From Nemertoderma westbladi (taxonomy: Eukaryota; Animalia; Xenacoelomorpha), in the NCBI GenBank assembly GCA_032718475.1, contig JAUCBJ010007480.1:32214-96213 (forward strand): 64,000 nt of DNA, written 5' to 3'. Positions within the stretch are counted from its first letter, which is position 1, and each line of letters opens with the position of its first letter. The translations under genes and the position numbers were made by a program. Below the pieces are notes generated by a model. The model was not told the DNA's origin and ran no database searches. It saw only the letters and a list, made by a program, of their open reading frames with translations. Positions 37,301 to 47,930 of this stretch are shown here, in pieces.

Positions 37301-38189
37301 CGTTGGCACCAAACGAACGCATTGGCACCAAACGAACGCATTGGCACCAAACGAACGCGTTGGCACCAAACGAACGCGTTGGCACCAAACCCACGCGTTG
37401 GCACCAAACGAACGCGTTGGCACCAAACGAACGCATTCACTTCACACCCCAAGTGACCAACTTTTTTTTATACACAATATTTTTTACATATGCGCCTTTA
37501 CCACTTTCATTACTTTCGCTTTAAACATGAGCTGCGGTCACCATATCTCTGATGTCTTAAAGGTTTGTATTGGAAGTCGGAAAAATAAAAAAAAATATAT
37601 GAAATGTTTTTTATTATCGTGTTAAATTTGCGAGTGAAAACCCAACCAGCGACTTGTGTTTGAACTTGTAACTTTAAAGTAACTTGTTGAATATTAATTT
37701 AACTTATTTATTATTTAATTTGTTAGGTCTCGTTCGAGGAGTCGCGGTCGTCGACGGCGTTCTTACAGCCGATCGGTGTCGCGCGGTCGATCCTACAGCC
37801 GGAGTCGGAGTCGGAGTTACGATCGACGTCGGAGGAGTTATAGTCGCGACTCGCGGAGCAGGTCACGGGGTAGACGGTCCCCTAGACGGAGCAGTAGGTC
37901 GCCTAGACGGAGCAGTAGGTCCCCTAGACGGAGCAGTAGGTCCCCTAGACGGAGCAGTAGGTCGCCTCCACGGAGGCGCGCTCGCTCCTCCTCCAGGCAG
38001 AGTCGATCGCCGGCCACCGGATACCGGAAGTCGTCACGCGGGTCCCCGCCCCGGAACGAAAGGGACAGCAGGTCGCCCCCTAGCGGAGGTGCGGGGGATC
38101 GATCCAAGGCACCCCCGGAGCGGGTGGACACCGCTGTTAACGGTGAGGAGTCCGCACCGCTGTTCCGAGCCGTGGAAGGTTCGAGTTAA
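31194..38189 (+). CDS. SRSF7: SR splicing factor SRSF7/9G8-like (RRM + CCHC knuckle + RS domain); exons 31194-31324, 33064-33138 or 33209-33286, 35389-35589, 37727-38189
   Basis: Spliced translation MAMYDRFYGGYRVFVGDL...DVWVAR-SPPGFAF...DGR-RLLGRVVRVEH...CYNCGERGHFARDC...SRSRSR. All introns are GT-AG and phase 2. Confidence 0.9.
33064..33138 (+). CDS. SRSF7: SRSF7-like exon 2a (alternative RNP1 exon, 75 nt)
   Basis: tctag|G...AG|gtaagt; encodes SPGVGFAVYKHRDDANQFVDDMNQ. Confidence 0.75.
33209..33286 (+). CDS. SRSF7: SRSF7-like exon 2b (canonical RNP1 exon, 78 nt)
   Basis: tttcag|A...AG|gtacgg; encodes SPPGFAFCTFKHGGDAERFADEIDG. Confidence 0.88.
33287..33420 (+). repeat. 21-bp tandem repeat starting at the exon 2b donor
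   Basis: About 6 copies of GGTAGGAACGAGATACGAAAC. Confidence 0.85.
33567..34826. mobile_element. Mutator-like non-autonomous element with ~210-bp TIRs in the SRSF7 intron
   Basis: 33567-33774 is the inverted repeat of 34622-34826; flanked by 9-bp near-TSD gatttgaat / gatttgtat. Confidence 0.75.
35389..35589 (+). CDS. SRSF7: SRSF7-like exon 3 (RRM end + Zn knuckle)
   Basis: acgcag|A...AG|gtgagt; encodes CYNCGERGHFARDC. Confidence 0.9.
37229..37436. repeat. 19-bp minisatellite
   Basis: About 11 copies of GCGTTGGCACCAAACGAAC. Confidence 0.9.
37727..38189 (+). CDS. SRSF7: SRSF7-like exon 4 (RS domain)
   Basis: tgttag|G TCT CGT TCG...; RS dipeptides and repeated SPRRSSR; TAA ends at 38189. Confidence 0.9.
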
Positions 38190-38749
38190 CCTGGTTGAAC
38201 TTCCGGTTAACCCAAAGTAACTTAACTGAAATATGTTGATTTTTATTATTTTCATTTTCTGACTCATTTATTGCTAAACAACTGAAATTTACTTTCACTA
38301 TTCTCAATAACATATTATAAGTTACCGGTACTTACAGCTGAAAAACATGGTTATTGTGTAATAAGCACTTTTATGTCGTTTTATGTGTTGAGAAGATTAA
38401 AAAAACAATATTATTAATTATTATTCTCATTTTGGACAACTTTATAATAATGATCTATCTATCTAAACAAAACAATAAATTGCTATCGGCATTTTACAAC
38501 CGGGTAATTGTTAATTCAGAGGTTTTTATTATTAAACAATGACATACTTTTAATTCTGTGGCACATAATCGCAAATTTGTATATAACGTGGCTCATTTTT
38601 TAATTTAATTAAACGGAAATTTAATTTATCTGGCCATGCCCTACTATAATAGATACGACCCGCCAAGCCGCGCTGCAAAGCTCCTAAATTTAGTGGGCCA
38701 GTTATTTATCTTAGTTAGATTCCATGTAACAATAGGTCTAGCGCGTCGA

Positions 38750-39160
38750 AGGTACTTGGCCCTAACTAAAATTATGTCCTCTTTGAGATGAGGCCAATAA
38801 GAATTTAATAGTTCCAGTAGTTTTCGTGATTTATTATGGTGAGTTCCTGACACCCATTTCAGTACCTTTCGGAAATTTACAAATTTCTCAAACGCCTCCC
38901 TAATGACTTTGGTATAACCAAACCATATTTTATTTTTTGGTGTGTTGAGTTCATTATTAACAATCGAAAGTAAGATTAGAAGTCAAAACACCGATTTTTA
39001 GTAGACAACAAATGAGTATTAATAATAATTTATTCAACACACCAAAAAGTAATATTATGCTTCAGGAACTCCTCATATCTCGAAAACTACTGGAGCTATT
39101 CAATTTTTATTTGCCTCATCTGAAAGAGGACATAATTTTAGTTATGGACAAGTAGTACTT
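38750..39160. mobile_element. MITE-like inverted-repeat element
   Basis: taactaaaattatgtcctcttt...ccagtagttttcg is inverted at ~39080-39150 (cgaaaactactgg...aaagaggacataattttagtta). Confidence 0.6.
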
Positions 39161-41718
39161 TTTATGTATTACTATGTTATCTAAACCGGGAAAATTCACA
39201 AATAAACCTGGAAAAACCGGGAAAAAACATGTCAAAATCGTTCGACACCCTGATAGACCTTTTGGCACTTATACGACATGGGTATTGGGTACCTACATTT
39301 TCAAATTTTGATTAAGTGAAAGAAGGTCGCTTCCAGTCATCTAAACCAGTTACAGGTGCCAATCTGGTCTCATACGGAATTACAAATCATCAAAAAAAAC
39401 GAAGGAAAAAACGAACGATAAATAAAAAAAGTTGAAGCAAAACCTGGTGAATTCCGCTGGCGGTTGACACACCATTCTACTCGAGCTCATAAAGAAAACA
39501 TACCCAACTGATTACAAAGATAACAATTATTAATGTGTAGAATTAATAAACAGTTGTGGTATAAACATTGTGGTATATTTAAGCAAGAACATAAATGTAC
39601 CATGCATATAGGCTCACCGTTTTACATAAAATAGATAAGTTTAAAAAAAAATGAAAATGTAAGTACCCAGGTCGTATAAGTGCTGACCTTTTAAATAGTG
39701 AATACAGTTGCCTCGGGATACCTACCACTCGATAGGGTATTCACACAAGTGCTGAAGAGCATATTAGTATAATCAATCACGCTAAATACGGGTTTCAGGC
39801 ATTGTAAACAGTGTGTGTGTGTGGGGGGGGGGGGGGGGGGGGGGGGGGTTTACCGTGGAAGTGGAAGACAACTCGTGGTGGTGAACAGGCATTATTTTAT
39901 GAAACAGAGTGAAAGGGTTTACTGTGAGATCACCCATGGTGGTGAACAGGCATTCCTTTAGGAAACAGAGTGGAAGCGTTTACTGTGGAAGATCACCCAT
40001 GGTGGTGAACAAGTATTCCATTGGGAGACAGAGTGGAAGGGTTTACTGTGGAAGATCACCCACCCATGGTAATGAACAGGCATCCGTTAGGAAACAGAGT
40101 GGAAGGGTTTACTGTGGAATATCACCCATGGTGGTGAACAGGCATTCCATTGGGAAACATAGTGGAAGGGTTTACTGTGGAAGATCACCCATGGTGGTGA
40201 ACAGGGATTCCTTTGGGAAACAGAGTGGAAGGGTTTACTGTGGAAGATCACCCACCCATGGTAATGAACAGGCATCCGTTAGGAAACAGAGTGGAAGGGT
40301 TTACTGTGGAATATCACCCATGGTGGTAAACAAGTATTCCATTGGGAGACAGAGTGGAAGGGTTTACTGTGGAAGATCACCCACCCATGGTAATGAACAG
40401 GCATCCGTTAGGAAACAGAGTGGAAGGGTTTACTGTGGAATATCACCCATGGTGGTGAACAGGCATTCCTTTAGGAAACAGAGTGGAAGGGTTTACTGTG
40501 GAAGATCACCCACCCATGGTAATGAACAGGCATCCGTTAGGAAACAGAGTGGAAGGGTTTACTGTGGAAGATCACCCATGGTGGTGAACAAGTATTCCAT
40601 TGGGAGACAGAGTGGAAGGGTTTACTGTGGAAGATCACCCACCCATGGTAATGAACAGGCATCCGGTAGGAAACAGAGTGGAAGGGTTTACTGTGGAATC
40701 ACCCATGTTGGTGAACAGGCATTCCTTTAGGAAACAGAGTGGAAGGGTTTACTGTGGAAGATCACCCATGGTGGTGAACAGGTATTCCATTGGGAAACAT
40801 AGTGGAAGGGTTTACTGTGGAAGATCACCCATGGTGGTGAACAGGGATTCCTTTGGGAAACAGAGTGGAAGGGTTTACTGTGGAAGATCACCCACCCATG
40901 GTAATGAACAGGCATCCGTTAGGAAACAGAGTGGAAGGGTTTACTGTGGAAGATCACCCATGGTGGTGAACAGGCATTCCTTTAGGAAACAGAGTGAAAG
41001 GGTTTACTGTGGAAGATACCTTCCATGGTGGTGAACAGGCATTCCTTTCGGAAACAGAGTGGAAGGGTTTACTGTGGAAGATCACCCATGGTGGTGAACA
41101 GGTATTCCATTGGGAATCAGGGTGGAAGGGTTTACTGTGGAAGATCACCCATGGTGGTGAACAGGCATTCCTTTAGGAAACAGAGTGAAAGGGGTTACTG
41201 TGGAAGATCACCCATGGTGGTGAACAGGCATTCCTTTAGGAAACGGATTGGAAGGGCTTAATGAGGAAGATCACCCATGGCGGTGAACATGCATTCCTTT
41301 AGGAAACAGAGTGGACGGGTGTACTGTGAAAGATCGCCCATGGTGGTGAACAGGCATTCCTTTAGGAAACAGAGTGGAAGGGTTTACTGTGGAAGATCAC
41401 CCATGGTGGTGAACAGACATTATCCTTTGAGAAACAGAGAGGACCTGTGTACTGTGGAAGATCACCCGTGGTGGTGAACAGGCATTCCTTTAGGAAACAG
41501 AGTGGAAGGGGTTACTGTGGAAGATCACCCATGGTGGAGAACAGGCATTCCTTTAGGAAACGGGTTGGAAGGGCTTAATGAGGAAGATCACCCATGGTGG
41601 TGAACATGCATTCCTTTAGGAAACAGAGTGGACGGGTGTACTGTGGAAGATCGCCCATCATGGTGGTGAACATGCATTCCTTTAGGAAACAGAGTGGAAG
41701 GGTTTACTGTGGAAGATC

Positions 41719-43368
41719 TACTACTACTAGGATCGGCATGCTGCATTGCAGCTGCATTTTTAAGAATGCTGTGCCGGCTTGTCAACAAAATTGCGCCGCC
41801 ACAACTCCCTATCACCCATGACATTTGCTAGATCATCCGCATCTTTAAGGCCAGTGTCCTTTAAGATGCGTCTCAAGAAAGTCATGGGCTGTCCACCATG
41901 CTTATTCACTCCATGAGGCTGCCAAAGTACAAGATTATGCACTGGCTGGTCCTCACGGCGAAAGCAATGTCCTGCAAAGCGGAGGCGATTTTGTTCTAGT
42001 GTCAAGCTTGGGGGAACCAATGAGACACCTCCAATGTTATATAGTGTCTGGTTGGAGATGTGTGCATTGTACTTGACACAATGTACCCGGCGTAGCATTC
42101 TTGTGAATGTGCCATCCAGAGATTTGGTGTCCTCAGCAGTTAGAGCCCAGCATGGACTCCCGTAGAGGAGTACTGGAACTACTGCTGCTCTAAATAATCG
42201 GACCTTAAGTTTCCGATTAATTCTAGGTGACTTCCAAATCCTGGAAAGCCTATTCAAGGCTGCCCATGCCTTTCCCTTACGTATTCGAAGGTCCTCACCT
42301 GACTTCCGGATCCATGATCCCAGGTAACAGAAGTCGTCCACATGCTCAAGCATACCATCCTTTGAGCTTATGCTCATCCGATCAGAGACTTGCTGAGGAC
42401 TTTCAAAGTTAACTGTCAGAATTTTGGTCTTTCTGGAGTTAATAAAAAGACCAACACTAGAAGCAGCATGTTCTAATGAGCTGAGGAGCCGCTGGGCTCC
42501 CTCTAATGATTCTGAGAGTACTCCTAAGTCATCAGCAAAGTCTAGATCAGTTAGGTACTTGGCAGGATTTCCTCGACTTCTGGAGCCAGTAGGTGGAGTT
42601 ATCATCACCCCATCATCATTATGATGATCTAAGGACATGCGTAGAACATAGTCAACCACAATAATGAACAAGAATGGTGCAAGTGTGTCTCCTTGGAGGA
42701 CGCCCCATAACACTTCAAATGGTTCTGTGTCACCGTCAACAGTAGACACAAATGTTGTCGAACCATCGTATACTGATCTGATTGCTGCAATAATTTCATC
42801 AGGAATCCCATATAATGAAAGTATGCTGAACATACGTGAGCGAGAGACTGAATCAAAGGCCTTGAAGAAGTCAACAAAGATAACAGCCAGATGCCTGTCT
42901 TTCTTTTTTGATAACTCTTCAATTATCCTTCTAAGTGCCAAAATGGGCTCCATGGTCCCACGACCTTTACGGAACCCATTCTGATTTCCACGTAGCAGTC
43001 TCTCAATGGGATCCCTGATGCGATTTAATAGAATTCTATTGTATAGTTTTGCAGCAATCGAGATCAATGAGATTCCCCGAAAAGAACCATAGAGTGTTAG
43101 GTTGCCCTTCTTGGGAACTGGCACCAACTTATTTGTTTTCATTTCTTGTGGGACTCTTGTTGTACGGTACATGTCTACTATGATGGGATAGATGAGCTTT
43201 AGACACTCAGGTATTTTAAAGACCTCAGGGGGAACACCATCTACTCCACTGGCACGATTGGTCTTAATGCTCTTTGCAGCAGCCTTCACTTCTGCAAAGG
43301 AGATATCGCCAATGGGAATATCTGGGAGTACAGACTCAGACACTTTTACTTCTATAAAGTTAAAAAAA
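41719..43368 (-). mobile_element. 5'-truncated RTE-type non-LTR retrotransposon
   Basis: (TAG)4 3' tail; 10-bp TSD GTGGAAGATC (41709-41718 / 43369-43378); uninterrupted RT frame. Confidence 0.9.
41760..43343 (-). CDS. Reverse transcriptase of RTE-type LINE (N-terminally truncated, no endonuclease)
   Basis: PKKG..FRGISL, QNGFRKGR, FVDFFKAFDSV, GVLQGDTLAPFLF, LDFADD, FCYLGS. Confidence 0.92.
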   Translation of the reverse strand: MSESVLPDIPIGDISFAEVKAAAKSIKTNRASGVDGVPPEVFKIPECLKLIYPIIVDMYRTTRVPQEMKTNKLVPVPKKGNLTLYGSFRGISLISIAAKLYNRILLNRIRDPIERLLRGNQNGFRKGRGTMEPILALRRIIEELSKKKDRHLAVIFVDFFKAFDSVSRSRMFSILSLYGIPDEIIAAIRSVYDGSTTFVSTVDGDTEPFEVLWGVLQGDTLAPFLFIIVVDYVLRMSLDHHNDDGVMITPPTGSRSRGNPAKYLTDLDFADDLGVLSESLEGAQRLLSSLEHAASSVGLFINSRKTKILTVNFESPQQVSDRMSISSKDGMLEHVDDFCYLGSWIRKSGEDLRIRKGKAWAALNRLSRIWKSPRINRKLKVRLFRAAVVPVLLYGSPCWALTAEDTKSLDGTFTRMLRRVHCVKYNAHISNQTLYNIGGVSLVPPSLTLEQNRLRFAGHCFRREDQPVHNLVLWQPHGVNKHGGQPMTFLRRILKDTGLKDADDLANVMGDRELWRRNFVDKPAQHS

Positions 43369-43668
43369 GTGGAAGATCACCCGTGGTGGTGAACAGGCAT
43401 TCCTTTAGGAAACAGAGTGGAAGGGGTTACTGTGGAAGATCACCCATGGTGGAGAACAGGCATTCCTTTAGGAAACGGGTTGGAAGGGCTTAATGAGGAA
43501 GATCACCCATGGTGGTGAACATGCATTCCTTTAGGAAACAGAGTGGACGGGTGTACTGTGGAAGATCGCCCATCATGGTGGTGAACATGCATTCCTTTAG
43601 GAAACAGAGTGGACGGGTGTACTGTGGAAGATCGCCCATGGTGGTGAACAAGCATTCCTTTAGGAAAT

Positions 43669-44935
43669 TGTACGCGCTTTTATAGACCTTCAGCAGTTTA
43701 ACCTGCCGAAATTTATATGTCTTTATTGATAAACTGCCTTTTATAAGATGACAAGATTTAATACAAAACAAACCAAAAACATTAGCCGAAGCCAGTCCAT
43801 GCGCGTCCAAATGACCCGTTTATAACACCGGGAGACTGGATTCGTGGGCTTAAATTTATTTGCGGTCAAGCCTACTGTATTATTCGATTGATTACTAATA
43901 TATAATCTCTGACAAATATTATTCACTTTCGGGAAATATTAGCAGTTCCTTTTAGGACGTGGCGCTCTACCTATGTAAACAGAGTTCTGACTGATACTAC
44001 ACACAACGATATGGCTTAAATTTCAAGCATAGGGCGCATTCTTTAGGAATGCTTTATTATCAGATCCAATCACTTTACAATCACGCACGCTACCGGTAAC
44101 GCACAACACTGCTCACTGATATGCCGACAGTTACTGACTTTGATCAGGTATAAAGAGATATGCACTGGACTCAGGTAGTGTCTGTCAAACAACATTAGAT
44201 TCACTACAAACACAATAATAAAGTCGCAATTGTTGTACATAACCTTTCTCTCTAACCTGTAGTGTATCAAAGATATTGGGAAAATGTGGGTTGATTATTG
44301 ATATTCTTCAAATAAAAACATCCAATTATACTGATACAAATTACAAACAGTAAAAGCAGTATGACGGTAGGTTAAGATATAATTAGATTGCATTGAATTA
44401 AGATCGATATAAAGTGATATGAATCGAGTTGATTTGATAATAGCTATGCTTTCTATAATTTAGCCTACTAATGTTCTTATAAAAAGGCAGAAACATTGCG
44501 TCATTCCAGCCGATCTTCAGGCAGTATGGAACGACATAAACACTGAGTTTGGGAGCTGCTGTAGGTATCTCTTCAAGGAAAACGCAAATCGCCCTGATTG
44601 GTTGTTAGACCAAAACAAAGGAACCAGGAGTCCAATGAGAGCTCCCTCCACGTCATCATCCAGCTGGGAGATGTCGTAATCAGAATCCTTCCCTTGACAT
44701 AGTGACAGTGAAATGCCGCATTGCGGGGTTTGTACCCTGCTACGTCCGCATAAAGCACACATTCAGAAGAATCTATTTTATGTCCGTTAAAAACACTTAT
44801 ACAGCACCCCGAGGGCTAGGGGATCCAATTATATCTGTAAACGCTTTTACAGCAGGTTTCAGAGTATTTTAGCGTATGGGGGGAAAACTGGATCGCGGGG
44901 CGAAGGACCAGTTGCATCCCACAGAAGCTTTTACA
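43669..44935 (-). repeat. 3' LTR of element 2
   Basis: tgtacgcgc...gcttttaca; matches 54394-55666. Confidence 0.95.
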
Positions 44936-45013
44936 CCGCTCCCAGAAAATGGGATTGAAGTCTATAAAATATACGAGATCACAGTTTCTAATATACATAA
45001 ATACTCTAAACCG

Positions 45014-46800
45014 TTAGTCTTTCTTGCGCGGACGGCGTTTACGCAGTTTTTTAAAGCTGGCCAGAGTCCTTTTCTCTTTGGGGCGAACCACTTTACAAGG
45101 AGGGCTATAACTCCTGGGTGAAAGGTGCAATATAATTGCATCAGAGGGTGCAGGCTTATAGTCGGGGTATCCGCCGTTTCGATATGCTTCTCCTCGAGCT
45201 GATTTTCCTCTGCTCGTCGGTGGATACATTCGTCCAAAAATCTCGCGGAGAATAGAGTCGTCCAAGTTCGATATCTTCTTAGAGATTAGTTTAAGTTATC
45301 TGAACAAACGCAGGTTTCTTTCCTGATCTTTGTGGAATAGCGTCTAACTCGTTTCGGACAACGCTCTCCTCTACCTTGATGACGGGTGGTAGCGGGTTAA
45401 ACGGGAACGATCCCGATTACACGGTTGAATGGCAACAACGGGTGTCCGTGCCTCAATCCGGCCAGGTAAGATAGGCGGATATTTAGGGAGCCATTAACCT
45501 GAGTGCCACCAACCAACGGCTCGGGCAACACTGGATCTCGGAACGGTAAGCACAGTTCATGAGGATCCGCGATACTATTAGGATCAAGAGTCCGAGGTCT
45601 AACTAAGGAAGGAGGAGGTCTGACCGAGCATTCAGGAACTCAGATCATAGGTCTACTCAAGGATCGCCCGAGCCGAGAAAGCGTGGGTGACACATCGAAC
45701 AAGTTTCTCTCGAAACTCCCGCAAACACAGCGAGCAAACCGTGTTTAAAGCTTCGTCTCCGTTGACGTTTATGTCTTTCCGTTTGTTGGTTGGTCTTAGG
45801 CATTCATCGTAATAATACCAAGACACACGTCTTGTAGGGGAAACGCGAGTGATATTTATTTGGTGTTACAATGCTTCTCTCAAGAATTCTAAATATACGT
45901 TGGAGTTACCGCGTTTATCCGCTTCTTGAACGTCTTTTCTTTCGCGTAGACTTCGCATAGAATTTTCGCATTCGAATTTAAGTTCATTGTTACGACTCCG
46001 CTGGGTAGGATATTTAAATAATACCATTTCCCTTTTGTGTTGACATAGTCCGTATCGTGTAAGTCGATAGAATAGCCGGTAGTTAAGAAGTCCATATACA
46101 TACCATTAATATGCGTATAGCGAGCGGTGAACTTGCTACAGTCCAACCCACGCGCAAGTTGCTCCTGGGACATAGGTGGTTCGATATAACTACCATCGTC
46201 CTCGGTAGTAGTTGGATCAGCTTCACCGCGTATCAAGCTATCCACAAACGCTTGTAAAGGTAGAGTATATCCCTCTCTAATACCAAGATCATCTTCTATC
46301 AACTCCGTCATATCTGTTATATGAGTTTACCAATATTAGAAGGAGTTTGGCTTTAGGCGAGCAGGCGTCGCTGCCTACCCCTCTCTGCCCCCGGACAGTG
46401 GGATCCTCAGCGCCGATGCACCGTTGTCGCGTGTTTACGCCAACGTTGTGGCAACAGCACGACAACGATAACCGGCACAAGTCACTCCACTGTCCGTCCC
46501 AAAGTCTTGAAATCACTTGAGGTTCTTGCTATGGGAGAGTTGGGCTACTTTACAATTGCGACTAGCTACGGTAAACACACTTTAGCAGTAACATTCACCT
46601 ACAAACGCACAAATTCCACACAACAGCTACCAACTACAATCATACAGGCCACTTGTCCGTTAGTCAGTGCTTTCCAAAATGTCACGTTGTTATTGTGTAT
46701 CCTTGGATACCAACAGTGTGCTATGTAATCACTATGCTAGGCAATGGGCAAGCTTTCTATTGTTCTGTTAACTCGTTTCTAATTCTAGCGTGGGTGTTGC
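45014..46800 (-). pseudogene. Decayed second ORF in the env position of element 2
   Basis: ORF pieces 46289..46516, 45889..46311 and 45014..45265 are colinear with the element 1 fragments. Confidence 0.55.
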
Positions 46801-47930
46801 TATGGTGACATTATGTAAAGCTAGCGGTAGAATTAGGGTAATTCTCATGCATACAGATCTGGGATGTTGTTTGATAGTAAGTCTTTAATTTGTCAATATC
46901 CTCTTTATACATGATTTTAGGAATTTTATCGGCTATTGACTATATGTTGGAGATTCTCGCACTCTAGCACACTCAATAGGGTGAATCTCCGCTCCCGTGA
47001 TCTATTAATTAGTGGAATTTTGGGAATATTAGAAATTGTGCAAAATGACAATTTATTAAATTCATAAAAATATGAATTTTAAACTTATTCCCTTGAATTT
47101 AATTATTTGATGGTAAAATTGACACAATTTTGATTCCAGAACATATCTGGGGACATAAGATCCTTAATTCTATAAAATGGTCTTTTAAGAATACCGGTAA
47201 GTGCTACGATATCTTAATTGACTAGAAATTTTAAAGGATCTGAATTTGACAGATTTAATAAATATTAAATTAATATTTAAGATGGGCACCGATTTATTCC
47301 AGAACTTGTCTGGGGACGTTAACCACTGATTCTAGAATTTGTCTTTCAAGTATATCGGTGGGTGCCACGATATCTTAATCGACTAGAATTACAGATGGTC
47401 AAAAAGGTTTAACAGATTTATTTTGCGTTATACGCTACTGTTAAAGGGACATCACGCTACTATATGTATTATTTGTTATAAGGTAGAAGAGCAATATCGC
47501 ACAAGGCAATGTCAGTGTGAAGAGGCAAGTCGTTTCCAAGGTCTACCCAGAGCTTGGTTTAGCCGAGACACGAGGATCTGAACTTTGCATTCCTAATACT
47601 CTGCCTACCAATAATACTGAATATATAGTAGTGGCTTTATTGTACTTTAATAAGTACGGACATTTCATCTTACTGTAGTCTCGCATTTATAATATAATAC
47701 GGACAGTAAGGAAAGAGAAAATAATTATTTCTCGCCGTCGCACTAAGTATATTATGTAATTACGTAATAAACACTAATATATTGCACTAATCTACTAAAT
47801 AATCTAAAATAACACTCTACTAAATAAAATTAAATAAAACGATTATAATAAAATACATAGTAATACATACATAAATATAAAATAAAAACAAATATAAAAT
47901 AATATAGTCACACACCCACTCCATATGTTA

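Larger units (their letters stand above)
39848..43667. repeat. ~54-bp minisatellite array interrupted by a LINE
   Basis: Unit GGAAACAGAGTGGAAGGGTTTACTGTGGAAGATCACCCATGGTGGTGAACAGGCATTCCTTTA with variants, at 39848-41718 and 43369-43667. Confidence 0.93.

Noticed and set aside
37684-38220. 178-aa Gly/Val ORF and antisense Leu-rich ORF
   Set aside because: Alternative frames of the SRSF7 RS-domain exon.
39909-41477. Repetitive ORFs (SGRVYCGRSP...) and ORFs at 37119-37625
   Set aside because: By-products of tandem repeats, open in several frames and on both strands.
39848-43667. Minisatellite (and the 19-bp and 33-bp arrays) as a CRISPR array
   Set aside because: Units are contiguous with no unique spacers, there are no cas genes, and the context is eukaryotic.
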